From the NCBI RefSeq assembly GCF_000315625.1, contig NW_005434583.1:94032-158031 (forward strand): a DNA stretch of 64,000 nt, in the 5' to 3' direction. Every line of letters starts with the position of its first letter. Positions within the stretch are counted from its first letter, which is position 1. Positions 12,301 to 24,671 of this stretch are shown here, piece by piece. The position numbers were made by a program, and so were the translations under genes. The stretch comes from Guillardia theta CCMP2712. Its lineage: Eukaryota; Protista; Cryptophyta. The notes under the pieces are model-generated. The model was not told where the DNA came from and searched no databases. It worked only from the letters and a program-made list of their open reading frames with translations.

Positions 12301-13665
12301 CTCCTGCCCTCCTTCTCCTCCTCTTCGCTTCCGCCTGCTGCTGGTGCAGTTCCTCCTCCTCCACTACCACCACCTCCTGCTCCTGCCCTCCTCCTGCTCC
12401 TCCTCCTGCTCCTCCTCCTGCGTTCTTGACCGTCTCCTTCAAGGTGGCAGAAGCTCAACAACGCACCATGTGTGCAGAAGACTCCTGAGTCGTACGACGG
12501 TATCCTGCTCGGTATGACTAGATGAATGAGCTTGACAGATCCTGACCTCTACTCTCGTCTTCTCCTCTCCTCCCCTCTTCCCTCCTCTCCCCTCCTCTCC
12601 TCACCTTACCTTACCTCTTCGCTCCCCTCCTCTTCTTCCCCCTCCCCGTTTCTGCTCTCTGCACATGCAGGCGATGTCGTCTTCCAGTCCCTCGTGGTCG
12701 AGTTCGACCTCTCCAAACCTCACAAGCCTCGCATCGGCGTCGCTCCTCGCAATCCGCTCTACCAGCCGACTCCTCCTGGCACCCAGGACTCTTTGAAGAT
12801 TCCCTTGATCAAGCGAGGACCCCAGGGCGTCTTTGTCGAGGTCTCCTCCTCTTCCTCCCCTCCTCCCCTCCTCCCCTCCTCCCCCCCTCTCTTCTTTCCG
12901 TCTTCCCCTCTCGCCCCCTCTCCTCCCTTCGCCACTCTTCATTTCTCTCTCCTCTCTCCTCTCTCCTCTCTCCTCTCTCCTCTCTCCTCTCTCCTCTCTC
13001 CTCTCTCCTCTCCTGTTCCTCCTCTCGTTTCTTTCCTTCTTCTCTTTCCAGTGACTGTCTCCTGCAGGATCCCAAGCGCGACAAGTTCAAGCATGGCGTC
13101 GATCACGTGCCAGTGACGATGAATGCTGCTCGTACCGCCTACTATGCCAACATCTCCATCGGCTCTCCGCGCCAATACTTCACCGTCCTCATCGATACTG
13201 GCTCCAGTACCCTGGCAGTCTTTGCCAAGATGCCTCCTCAGCATGGCAACCTCCAAGTCCCTGAGCCATCTCAGGTTCCCCTGACCCCTCCTCCTCCTCC
13301 TCCTGTTCCCTCCCCTCGCTGCTCCTATCTCTATCCTCTTCTCCGTCTGCTCGTTGCTGGCCTTGCTGTCGCTGCTCCTGCTGTCCCCCCCTGACTCGTG
13401 AGAGCAGAAATTCAAGGGAGGGCCCAAGTCCGACAGGCGGTCGAGGCACAGAAGAGGAAGAGGCATCTACCTCGAGGAGCCGAAAGTTGGCCAAAGGAAG
13501 GAGGAGGAGCCAGCAAAGGACGGAAGGCCTGTCGCCCTCATGCAGGCAGGAGGAGGAGCAGGAGGAGGAGGTTTCTATCTTTCTTCCTCTACTGAGCTGC
13601 TGTGCTTTGCCCTCCTCTCTGTCTTTCTTCTTACGGCGGCACGACGAGTGGGGAGGAGAGGTTGA
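9345..13665 (+). CDS. Pepsin-family (A1) aspartic protease, secreted or membrane-anchored, with permuted domain order
   Basis: Signal peptide MATWRSALVVGLLVGACWG, then FALSYADTS (flap Tyr), DGILGLG, LQLGGYD, AILDTGTT (Asp 11938), ILLGDVVF, VEFD..RIGVAP, then YYANISIGSPRQYFTVLIDTGSS (Asp 13194) and a hydrophobic C-tail. All exon phases are compatible with GT-AG splicing. One intron spans an N gap. Confidence 0.85.
10356..10455. other. Assembly gap (100 N) inside an intron of the protease gene
   Basis: Run of N. Confidence 1.
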
Positions 13666-13696
13666 AGTGTAGAATAAGTGTATGTTGCTTCCTATC

Positions 13697-16056
13697 AAAC
13701 TGTACAGCAGAGCCTCCTGTCCGCATTGCCCGTGTCCGCTCCCATCTGCTTCATTTCACACTCTCCCCCTTCTCCTTCCTCCCTTCAGCCCTCTCCTCAT
13801 CTCTACCCTTCCCCTTCCCCCATACTCGGCCCCTTCATCGTGATCTCCATGCTCGGCATGGGCTTCGCATCCACCGACAGCTCGTAGTCGCACCGCCCGT
13901 CCCCTCCCATCCTCGACCCCCGCACTGAGATGTACAGCCAGCCCAGGGAGAACGTCTCCTCCCAGTAGTACAGCACCATCTTGTCGTCCCCCCAGTCTGA
14001 CTTGTGCCACGTGTACTTCTCCTCCTCCTTCCTCGGCCTCCTGCACGCCCCGTTGCCCACGTACACGTCCGGATCCCCCGAGATCGCCTTGAGGCAGATC
14101 CGTACGGAGCATCGGGGGATTTCTGAGGAGACGAAGAACTTGTAGTCGTGGTACCCCGCCTGCTCTACCGTCCCTTCCCTAGTCTCTCCTGCCTGCAGTT
14201 CCACCGCCTCCTCGTCCAGGTCCTCAAGGTAGACTGGGATCTTGGGTGCGTTGAAGTTTTGGATCAGTTTGAAGTCCTGGAGAGGGAGAGGAATGTTGAC
14301 GAACTTGCCTTTCCATGCGAACTCTTCCTTCGCCTCCTTCAGCAGCCCGTGCTTGTACGCCCACTCCATCGCCATGCGCTGCCGCCGGCTGGTCAGCAGC
14401 ATCTTCTGCTCCTGGAACGACTCGTTCCGCTCCTTCTTCACCGCCAGTCGCGACTCGAGCTCGTTTCTCCTGTGCTCCTCCGCTCGCTGGTGCCTCAACT
14501 GTGGGAAAGTCATGAAAGGGAGGAAGTGGCAGGAGACGAGGAGCAAGCAGGAAGAGGATGGGGAGTAGTAGAAGACAATGGGAGGGGGAGGAGGAGGAGG
14601 AGGAGGAGGCACCTGTCTTGACCGCAAGTGTGCGGACTTGAGATGTAGGAGCTCTACCTTGACTACCTTCCTCTCTTCCATCTGTTGTTCCCTGCACTTT
14701 CACGTCACTGTCAACGCTCCTCCTCGCCTGCTGTAGGTACCTCAGCACTCTTTGCTCCTCATCTCTCTCCTCCTTGTTCCTCTGGTATCGACGCTGGGCC
14801 TCCTCCTGCTCCTCCTTCCTCTTCATGTTCTGCATCACCCGCTCTTCGAACCTCTCCTTCTCCGCCATCCGCTTCACCCTCTGCGACTGCCTGAACTCGA
14901 CGATGCGCTTCTTCACCACATGATCGGCATAGGTCAGCTTCTCCGACAGCTGGGCAATCTTGTCCCTCGTGTTGACCTCGATCGCAAACTCTCGCGCCAG
15001 CCTACGCTGCTCTATCCCCTTCAGGTGCTCGATCTCCGACTTCTTCTTTTCGAGCTCCTCCTTGATCGACCTCCCGTACCCGATGGTCGTCCGCTTCTTC
15101 ATCGTCTCTTCCCTCTTGACATGGTCAATGGCCTCCTTTAAACACGCCCGGAACTTCACCAAGTCTATCGCGTTACCCACCTGCTCTCCTCGCCCTTCGT
15201 TGGCATGGAAGGTGAAGATCTCCCTGGCCAGGTCCATCGACACCTTGTCTGGCAGCATGCTGAGCTCCTTCAAGCACGCGCACCACTCGTTGAAGTCCAT
15301 AGTCCTCTCCCTCGAGCTCATGACCTGCGGCGCTCCACTCCCAGCAGCGAAGCGATTGAAGATCTCCCGGAGCTCCCGTTCCTTCATACCAACGATGATG
15401 TTCCGCAGGAGCGACAGTCTCTCCCGCTCTTGCCTGACGTCTTCAAGAAGCGCCTGCCTGCTCTTTTCAAGGAACTGATATCGTATGCCTGCAATCTTCT
15501 CGTTGTACTTGGTATCTCTCAAAATCTTCTCATATTCCAGAGGCTCCACTTCCGAATGTACTATCCCCAGCCTTGCCATGGCCTCCTGAGTCACCGGGCT
15601 GTCCGGCCGTAGCGTGTAAGGACTCTGCGGCTCTTGCTCAACGAGCCGGAACTGGCTGTGCTCTATCGGCAGACCACTCAGGCTCTCGGACAAGTCTTCG
15701 ATGAAGCGATTCGTCTCCATGCTTAGCTGCAGCTCGGGATCCAGTTCGCCATGGCCCTGGCGGCTCCCTGGACTCTGCTGGGGCCTCCGGGGGCTGTGAA
15801 CAACGGTCTGAGGACGGAACTGACTCTTGAACTCCTGCACCTTCTTGCTTATGCTGCTCGACCTTGGCCTGTAGTGCGTGCGATCTGTCTTGGGGGTCCT
15901 GGGAGAATTCATGTGATGGTGGAGAGCAGTAATCTTCTGATAGATCTCCAGCCGCGAGAATGGTGGCAGCTCCCTCGACACCGACAGTGATGCTGAGATG
16001 TTGCTGATGTCGGCCAGATCACGAGCCATGACCTTGTTCGGCGATTCAGATTCCAT
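13697..16056 (-). CDS. EF-hand + coiled-coil protein with C-terminal PPC-like beta domain (3' end approximate)
   Basis: The 610-aa ORF has ELREIFNRF...TMDFNEWCACLKEL (EF-hand-like) and an E/K/R-rich coil. Downstream exons read YHDYKFFV...LKAISGDPDVYVGNG..P...YTW (GDPDxYV, PPC-like). Confidence 0.65.
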
Positions 16057-17106
16057 GGTCGCCCTTTCGTTCGTCCAGTCAGAATTCTATTCCCTCCCAG
16101 TCCTCAAACGCTGCATGTTCTTCCATGCCAGCCGCTCTCTCCCTCTTTAGCCTTGTATACACTCTCATTGAAATCCTCTATCTCATCCTCTGTTTCCTCT
16201 GCCTCGCATGTTCTTCATCCTGTTCAAAAAAAGCGCATTTTTTGACACGGTCTCCAACCGAAACTTGACTTGCAGAAGGGGTACTTCTAAACATATCTTG
16301 ACCAGGGGTAGTCATCACGTACCTACTTCACCGGTGCCCTTGCCCTTTCTTTTGGGGGTGGTCAGTCAAACAGGCAAAATTACCGGTAGCTGAACCAGTC
16401 AAATACGAGGTACTGGGGTGTTTAATTTCAGGTACCCGTACCAAATCCTGTTTGAAAAGGGGGTTAATGAGGCATAGGGGTGGTGTGAGTCACTTGGTAT
16501 GATGCTGAGGTGGGCTCGTGTTGTAAGTGAGCAACCCGTGCAAGTGAGAAACCAGAAATTGATCACGGTAGGGGGTGGGGGTACATACCACTACCCCTAC
16601 AATATAAGAGAGACTGAGTTCTTGTCAAAGGAATAATAGTAGGTGGGGTAGGAAGAGACAGGGTGAGTGGGGTTGTTGCTTTCGAACGTTAAATTGGCTC
16701 CAACGCAGAATGGCGGAGGGGAAGATGAAGGGGTGTAGGGGTTATACTAGGAACCTCGAGGGGTACTCACGAGAGACAACGGGTACTTGAAAAGTAAGAA
16801 TGGGGGGTATATATGCCTTTGATGGAAGATATGGTGGGGTAATAGATTGACGTTTGGTCTTCAAACGGGTAGTGAGCGCAAGGGATCACTCTATTTCAGG
16901 GGGTAGGGGGTAGATGATGACCCATAGAAAAACAAAATGTGACAGGGGTGCAGGACCGTCTGGGAAAATTGAGGGTGGAAGCAAGGAGAAAATAGGGGTC
17001 ACTCAACTTGAAGTCAGGTGGAAAATGTAGGTACTACAAAGGGGTAGGGTAGTCAGGGACGCCAAGTCGTTGAAAATCAAAGGTTGGCGAACCGCGGCTT
17101 CGAACA

Positions 17107-18946
17107 ATGGCAGCAGCAGGCGACGACAAGAGCACAGCCAAGACTTCTCCTGCTTCTCTCCAGCCCTCCCAGGGTCCTCAGATCTCTCAGATCTCTCAGG
17201 GGCAGGAAGTACAGACCTCCTCGGGGATGCGAATCCTCTCCTCCTACGACTTTGCTGGGCCTTCCCTTGGAGTGAGTTCTTCCTTGGTGTGGAGGGTGTG
17301 GAGGGGGAAGGAGGAGGGTGCGGTGAAGTCCGAGGAGGCAGAGCCTCTCCTTTCGTTCTATGATGTGTTTGCTTTGCTGTTGGCTGTCTGAAACCGTGAA
17401 CTGTTATGATCCTGTCAGTCGAACTGTATCTCCCCCTGCCACAGCCACGTCACACTGACATAGCTGCAGTCCCTCAACGCCTCCTCCCTTGCGTTCGGAA
17501 TGAACAGGATGTCAATCGCAGGAGGTAGCTCCCTCTACGGAAGCACCGGAAGCCTGTACGATGGGGAGAGGGCTCTCCTTGCCCTCGATGGCAAGGGCCT
17601 CGAAGTCATGGACAGCTGCATTGCCGCAGTGAGGAGGGAGCATCTGACAGCTCGTCAAGAGCTGGACTTCAGCAGGGAGAAGATCAGGGCACAAGAGGAG
17701 CTAATCATGAAGTTGCAAAACGACCTCCGTCAAGTTGCCCCGATCAAGCAGGAGATGCAAGGGCTTCAGTCACAATGCCAGTTCATGCAAGAGCAGAACC
17801 AGCAGCTGCTGTCCACGAAGGCCGAGCTGCTTGCCGAGCTGGCTCAGACCAGGCAGCAGTACGAGGAGATGATGAGGCGCTCAGAGGCCATTGCGATCGA
17901 GAACGACGCGCACCGCCAGGAGAGGGAGATGTGGATGAAGAGTATCAATCAGATGTCAAACGACAAGTCGAGCATCGAGAACGAGCTGATGAGGTTGAAG
18001 GCTGTCGCCTCCCAGTCCGAGATGCAGTTCAGGTCCTTCGGCGGGCAGATGGAAGTGCTCGACTCGCAGATCGCTACTTTCAGGCAGCGTCTGGCGGCTG
18101 AGGAGCAGGCCAAGGCTCAGCTGATGGGGGAGAACGATCAATTGAAGATGAAGTGCTACAACCTCGAGGCCGAGCTCGAGAGGATGCGTGTCCAGTTTCA
18201 GACTCAGCAGTCTCTCCCTCCCCAGCAGACCTTCACCTCGTTCCAGTCACTTCCTCCCCAGCAGACTTTCACCTCCGTGCAGTCCCTCCCCATGCAGTCG
18301 TTCAGCGCTCCGATGCCAGCCGTGTCTTCCATGTCGTTTGCCACCTTTTCGGGCCAGGGAGTTGGGGTGAGAATGAATGCAGCAATCCTGTCAAAATGCT
18401 AATCCTCGCTGATCAGGTTGGTATCAAGCTCAAGCAGGGTGACAGCAGCGAAGGGGTTACGATCCAGTCTCTCGTTCCCGGCGGCCCAGCGGCAGGTCAG
18501 TGGAACATAGTGAGTTTCCTTGAGCCAAAGATCTAAGCTACTGTGTAGAGAGTGGCAAGGTGAAGGAAGGGGACCGCATCCTCAAAATTGACGATCAGGA
18601 CGTCTCGAGCCTGAACATTGAACAAGTGTTCAACCTTGTCAAGGGAAGTGGTGAGTCGAGCAACTGATTGTTCACCGGTGCTCTCTCAAGTTCTTTTCGC
18701 AGAGGGAACCAGCATCAACCTTGTGTTGGGACGCAATGCGGGTGGGCAGCAGGAAACGATCCAGGTTAACCTCACCAGAAGGTAAACGCTGGTTGTGACT
18801 TGATTGTTGGTCTGACATCTCTCGGTAGAACCCCCCTCAGCCAACCAACCATCACCTACCCCGGTATGCAGCAGGGAATGGGCTTTGGTTTGCCGATGGT
18901 GGGCAGCATGGTTGGCCTTCCTCCTGGCATCAACAGTGTCCAGTGA
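17107..18946 (+). CDS. Coiled-coil protein with C-terminal PDZ domain
   Basis: The 300-aa coiled-coil ORF 17500-18402 splices to VGIKLKQGDSSEGVTIQSLVPGGPAAESGKVKEGDRILKIDDQDVSSLNIEQVFNLVKGSEGTSINLVLGR. Stop TGA 18944-18946. Confidence 0.85.
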
Positions 18947-19103
18947 AAGTTGTCCAATGCCGAATATGAGCACTTAAGAGTTTGAAAATACAAGGCAATA
19001 AATCACAGTTTTGAATTTCCACCTTTCAATATGTTCATATCTCACGGTGGTGTGATCTTCCTTCAATTGCATCCGAGGATGTTGGGCATCTCAAACCTCA
19101 ACC

Positions 19104-20442
19104 TCAGAAATTCAGCAAGATGTTCGACTCCGGCACTCCCGCATCCTTCAAGACTGTCTTGACCTGGAGCAGCTGACGTCAAGCCGGTTGTCAAGGAAAG
19201 CACTTCATTGCGAACCTCGTCTACCATCCCCTTCACTCCACACAGCAGAGCGACGGTTGATTGTGGGTCCTTCACACCATCGGCCTTGCAAACTTCCTGG
19301 AAGGTAGCACGAGTCACTCCCAGTCGTCTGCTCGACAAGCCTCGGAACCTGCACGTATCCTGTGCGTCCATCCCACTTGTCGCCGGGCTTCGAGAGGGTT
19401 GGGATGACCTCGACGCCCATTTTCTCCCAGTCAGCGAACTTGTCCATGTATGCCATGGAGTCTGCCGGCTGGTCACGACGACGAGCAAACAAGGAGCAAG
19501 CGGACTCTTGCCTGCTGATCGCGCTCCGTAGTAGAGCTTGACGTTCTTGGACGAGAGCTCCTGGCTCTCAATGGCAGCCTTCAGCGGTGAGATCCCAGAG
19601 CTGCGAGTAGGTTTGAGTCATCGGGCCCCGGGTATGATCCGAGCTTACCCGGTCGCAAACATGAGGACTTGCTTAACGTTGTCAACTCCCGCATACTGCA
19701 GGCAGAGTCATGCTCCCTCCCATTCCCTCTCCCCGACTGACTCACCGGGAACCCTCGTCCCTGCCCTGAAGTCACTTCTACCGTCGAGCCCTGCACGTCA
19801 AGGTTCACGAGGCAAGCAAGGCAAGCTCGAGGATCTTTCCTTCTTAGAGTCGCAGAACCACACAGACCCGGGCCCCCAGTTGTTCGGCTCACTCTTCTTG
19901 ATCAGGAACTCCAACACGTTGGAATCGGCCTTGGGGGGGCTGGCAATAGCGAAGAAGCCAGGCTTCTCCATGCTGGAATCCTTCCTGACCTTCAGGTACT
20001 GCCCTGGGATCTGTAATGGATGAAATCAGGCCTTCATCTCACTGAAGCCTCTCCTTACCTTGTATGAGGTACACACTGCAGGGTCAACCTGAAGCATTAT
20101 CTTGTACAGCCCCGAAGCTGCTTCCTCGTTGCTCACGACAGTTGCGGGGATGAACTCATCCTGCAGAGAAAAGATGTAATATGTTATCTCACCCTCTTTC
20201 GCGGTCCTTCCTCTTCTACACACCTTCGCATTCATGTACACGAGCGCAGGGCATGACTTCTGCTGCCCGATCCTTGTCCTCTTGGTGTGGCATCTGAACG
20301 CAGGAGGGCTCCTGACCACGAAGGCTCTCCTCACACCATGGCGGAAGAGAGTTGGCTGTGCTTGGAGAGAGAAAGCAAGCGAGAGGTCGACAAGACATGC
20401 TACCAGCACCGCTACCATTGCCGCTCGCGCCATGGCGACCAT
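19104..20442 (-). CDS. Plastid-targeted FNR-like FAD/NAD(P)-binding oxidoreductase (pKIWI502/FNRL-like)
   Basis: Bipartite presequence MVAMARAAMVAVLVACLVDLSLA-F. Motifs: PGQYLKV, FFAIASPP, LEFLIK, GQGRGF, LMFATGSGISP, LYYGAR, TGYVQ, LLCGVKGM, C-terminal ILLNF*. Confidence 0.85.
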
Positions 20443-21041
20443 CCTTCTTATGTGTTCTCTTTGCGGGGGAGTAGGGGGTCATCTAATTGTGGGGTCAGGA
20501 AAATTTCTGACTTGAGGGTGGTACATAATTCAGAGGTCAGATAGAGTGCATGATAAGATTACATAAGACCAGATAATAATAATATGATATGTATAAGGTA
20601 TATTCTACGAATGAGATAAGAAGAGCACTCAACCCTAAGGTAGGTAGACACGATGCACGGGTAGGGGTACACGCAATACCACCCCTTATTTTGACCTTTA
20701 AAACGACCCATGCCTGGTCCATAGCGAGACGAACGAATGATGGAAAGCCGGCAAGGGCAAAGGGAGGAGAGGAAGGGGGGGAGAGGGAGGAATGATGTGC
20801 AAGCGTAGCTTTCCTGTATCTATCATGTACGGAGAACATACTGTTGCAGTCCTGTGATCAGTCCTAGTCTCTTGCCTCCCCACACATCGATCCGATGTGT
20901 GGGGATTTCCAAGTTTGTCCCTTCGATGCAGGCTCCAAACCAGAGATACAAGGGTAGCAGGCTGGACACAAGAGTGAAGGATTTCATGCAGTGTCATCGT
21001 CCTCTTTGCTTCTTTTGAGCTTAAACTTCCTTGAGCAGGAT

Positions 21042-21550
21042 GATTCTCAGCCTGCTCGCGGCAAAGAAAACTTTCGCCCAGCAGTCGGCGAACGCTGACG
21101 ACTGGACAGCATGTTCTGACCCGTAAAGATCTCTTGCTTCTCCTGTGAAGCGAATCCTGACTGGTGTTCTCCTGCAGGTGGCGATGCTACATCAAGGAGG
21201 CTGGAAAACCGGGCATTGGCCCTCCGGAATCGATGGGACATGGCTGGCAGCCGGGACTAGCGTTCGACTGTGACTACACTCACCTGCTGGGCAGCATCAC
21301 GGACGAAGCAGGTGGAGCAGCACCGCGCGCATCATTGGGAAGTCTCGTCGGTTGACATGCATGCAGGATCCGGTGGGAGCGCGACGACTGGGATGTGCTT
21401 CAAGGACTCGGCAAGTGCCGCTGCTGTCCCTTGCTGTTCTGACGTGGCTGGAGCAGGTTGGGTTCACTCCTGATCGACCCAAGGGATGGGTGGGTAAGTG
21501 GATCACCCCGAACCTGGCGTGAGCAGCTCGTAGAAGACCAGAACATGTAA
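21042..21550 (+). CDS. Small hypothetical protein (about 100 aa, multi-exon)
   Basis: Short exons splice in phase to MILSLLAAKKTFAQQ...WRCYIKEAG...MCFKDSVGFTPDRPKGWLVEDQNM*. Includes a GC-AG intron at 21411-21456. Start uncertain. Confidence 0.5.
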
Positions 21551-21815
21551 TATACACTTGTACATTCATCCTGCGCAGATTCCAACTCAAGCTCCATTAA
21601 GCTCTCACTTCCCTTCATGACAACAAAGGATCTCTTGTGCTGAAAGCATGCACGGGCTCAGTTGAGGCTGATGCCTCAAACTGGGACAAATCGAGGAGCG
21701 AATCAACCTGAAAATATTCAGAAGCGAGGGAGCACAGCGCGATTTCTTGTTTTTTAATTTAGCCAAAGAGTTACAGGGGTATGAGAGTTTCTTGCAGTCC
21801 GTCCGCCTCGGCAAA

Positions 21816-22922
21816 TCACTCCTTGATGACCTTGTACTGGTCACGAAGGATGCTGATGATTTCACCCTTGGCATCGTCCGGAATCTCGAGCTTCTTCCCA
21901 GTGATCTTCTCAGCTATGTTTACATACGTCTTGGAGACTTCCATCAAGACACTCTCAGGAAGAGGGTTGTTCTTTGCCAGAGCCTTCCTTTCCTCCATTC
22001 TATCCTTGTTGAGGAGGATGTCAGGGTCAGGGAAGTGCTTGAGGAGCAGCTGGCGGAATCCCTCCTTGGAGTTCTCAACGACCTTGCCCTCACGGTAGGA
22101 GGGCCCATCCCATATCCTCGAGGAGTCAGGAGTTCCGACTTCGTCCATGTAGATCAGCTTCTCCTTCCCCTCACGGTCCTTGACGTAGCCGAACTCGAAC
22201 TTGGTGTCCACAAAGACCTGGTCCAACTCCGCCAGAGCGTTGCTGATGAGGTCGAAGCCCTCCTTGAGGAGCTTCTCGTACAGGTCGATGTCGGCGGTCG
22301 ACTTGAAGTTGAAGGCCTCGTAGTTGTTCTCGATGTCCGAACGAGAGATGTTCACGTCGTCCTGTTCCGGGACCCCTGGGATGCCTGTCAGGATCCCCTT
22401 GGTGGAAGGGGTGATGAGGAGCTCGGGCAGCTTCTGGTCTTGCTTCAGCCCATCGGGGATCTTGATCCCGCAAAAGTCCCGCTCTCCCTTGGTGTAGGAC
22501 CTCCACATGGAGCCAGTGATGTACTGGCGAGCAATCGCCTCGATCATCACAGGCTTCGCCTTCTGAACGATCCACACAAGGGGGTGAGGGACATCGAGGA
22601 TGTGGCTGTCAGCAAGTCCCTTCTCTCTGAACATCTTGAACCAGTGAGAGGAGATGGCGTTCAAGGCAGCTCCCTTCCCTGGAACTCCTTTCATGCCCCC
22701 CTCTCCCTGCCAAATGCAGTCGAAGGCAGAGATGCGGTCACTGATGACCATAATGGCAAGAGGGGAACCTGGAGCGACGTTGTATCCCTTCTCCTCGATC
22801 AGACGTTTGCTGTCCTCATCCGTCAACCAGTAGACAGCGCGTACCTTCCCGCTGTGGACCGGGAGATTTGTCTTAATGGGGAGGTCGTCGTTGACCTCCA
22901 GAACCTTCTTTGCGAGACTCAT
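21816..22922 (-). CDS. purC: SAICAR synthetase, long Vibrio/gammaproteobacterial type; intronless
   Basis: 368-aa ORF: NDDLPI...[77 protein letters not shown]. Confidence 0.95.
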   Translation of the reverse strand: MSLAKKVLEVNDDLPIKTNLPVHSGKVRAVYWLTDEDSKRLIEEKGYNVAPGSPLAIMVISDRISAFDCIWQGEGGMKGVPGKGAALNAISSHWFKMFREKGLADSHILDVPHPLVWIVQKAKPVMIEAIARQYITGSMWRSYTKGERDFCGIKIPDGLKQDQKLPELLITPSTKGILTGIPGVPEQDDVNISRSDIENNYEAFNFKSTADIDLYEKLLKEGFDLISNALAELDQVFVDTKFEFGYVKDREGKEKLIYMDEVGTPDSSRIWDGPSYREGKVVENSKEGFRQLLLKHFPDPDILLNKDRMEERKALAKNNPLPESVLMEVSKTYVNIAEKITGKKLEIPDDAKGEIISILRDQYKVIKE

Positions 22923-24671
22923 GCTGACTTGTGGAAGAAACTAGGGCTAGGTTGTGAGGAAGGACTCTGTGTGACAAAAGGTGGAGAGTAGACGCGGAGG
23001 AGGTACGGGAGATGCAGAGGAGACAGGAGACGTGAAGAGCAGGAGCAGGAGAAGCGTCTTCTTGAGGGTGTAGAGAGGGTAGGGGATCGTGGAACTCGGT
23101 TGGATGGGGTAGGGTTGCCAAAGAGGGGTGGGGTGTACAAACAGATGAAGGAGAAGGGTAGGGTGTCGGAGTGAAATTTCCAGGGTATTTTCATGGTGAA
23201 GAAGGGGTACATTGAAAAATTCAAAGGTGGGTGAATAAGGGTGGGGTGCTGATTGGATCAGGAATGACCCTTCGATTGTGTATTGGGATGTCTGAGGATT
23301 GGTGGGGTGGGGGTCCTGGTCCAAGTTGTTGTTGAGTGAAGGGGTAGGGAAACGAGGGTGGGGTATATTTACAGTCGGTGGATTTTAAATCTATTTAATG
23401 AGTTTTTGATGAAAGATAATACATATATATATGAGCAAATGGTAGCAGACCAAAGCTCTACAACTATGATTTTTGCAATGAGATCTCCAACTACTATTGA
23501 TTTTGAAGCAAAAGTATTTTCTATATTTTTATACATTTTTAATAAATGTATATCTACTTTTTATATTCAAGAGTATTTTAAAAGCTTCGTACAAATCAGA
23601 TGTAAAACTAGCATCTTGCTCTATTTAGTCCCATAAATATTACACCTCCGTACGTAATACGTCCTGTTTAAAATAAAGTTTTAATATTAAAAGCTGTAAA
23701 ACTAAAATCACACGTGCGGGCCGCAACGGACCACCCCCCTTGCTCAGTTACAATAGATCCCCCAGCAAGATAACCCTACCCCCGACATGTACATTGGCAC
23801 ACCCACCCCAGTAAAAGTCCATGATCACTGGATGTACCCTGGTATTTTCCCATAATCATGAGATAAAATGACCCCTATCTTCTTGTACCCTACCCCTGAA
23901 ATAACTGATACATTTATTTGGGATACCCCACCCATCGAGTGTCCTTGGTAGCACATTGTTTGGTCCATGCCATTGACCCCACCCCCCTTGGAAAATTTTA
24001 CTTGCCCATCACCCCCCGAAAAGACCACTTTGTACCCCTGTATCTTCCCCAAGAAAATCTAAGGAGTCGCATTGACGGGTGGTAACGGTAGGGTGGACTG
24101 TACCCCCGATTTTACAGGTAGAAGGACATAAAGGGTGAACGGGGTGATCGGGGATCCTCCAATAAATATGGGAGGCAGGCTGCGAAGAATCGTGGAAATG
24201 CGAAAGGGATAGAAGCGAGCGAACAAGAAGGGAGAACGAAGACGATGGAAAGATGTTTGAAGGGGAGCAAGAGACTAAATGAGTGAGAAGATAGAAGTAT
24301 AGGACGAAGGATGGAGAGGAAGGTATGTGCGAATGTTATGAAAATATACGATATCTCGGATTGGGTAGGCACAACATTGCTTGTTCGGAAGTAAAAGCTT
24401 TGAGGGATCTAAGCATTTCAGCTAGTGGTTACATTTTTAGATCACAGAGCACTTTGCCTTCACCTACCAGTGTCGTAGTTAAACATGGAGTTCAATTGAA
24501 CTCAAGTTGATCGGTCAACAGACGCGGCTCCCATCAACTAGCATGAAGTGGGATGACAGTGTTGTACAGTGATTGGTAGATCAACAGTATTGACTGCTTC
24601 ATTCTATCTAAGAAAACTGTTCATGCAATCTTGAATAGTATCAGACCGTTCTCTTACACGTTCTCCTGCAG

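Noticed and set aside
21747-22991. 414-aa + strand ORF
   Set aside because: It is the antisense shadow of purC, explained by biased codon usage, and has no recognisable motifs.
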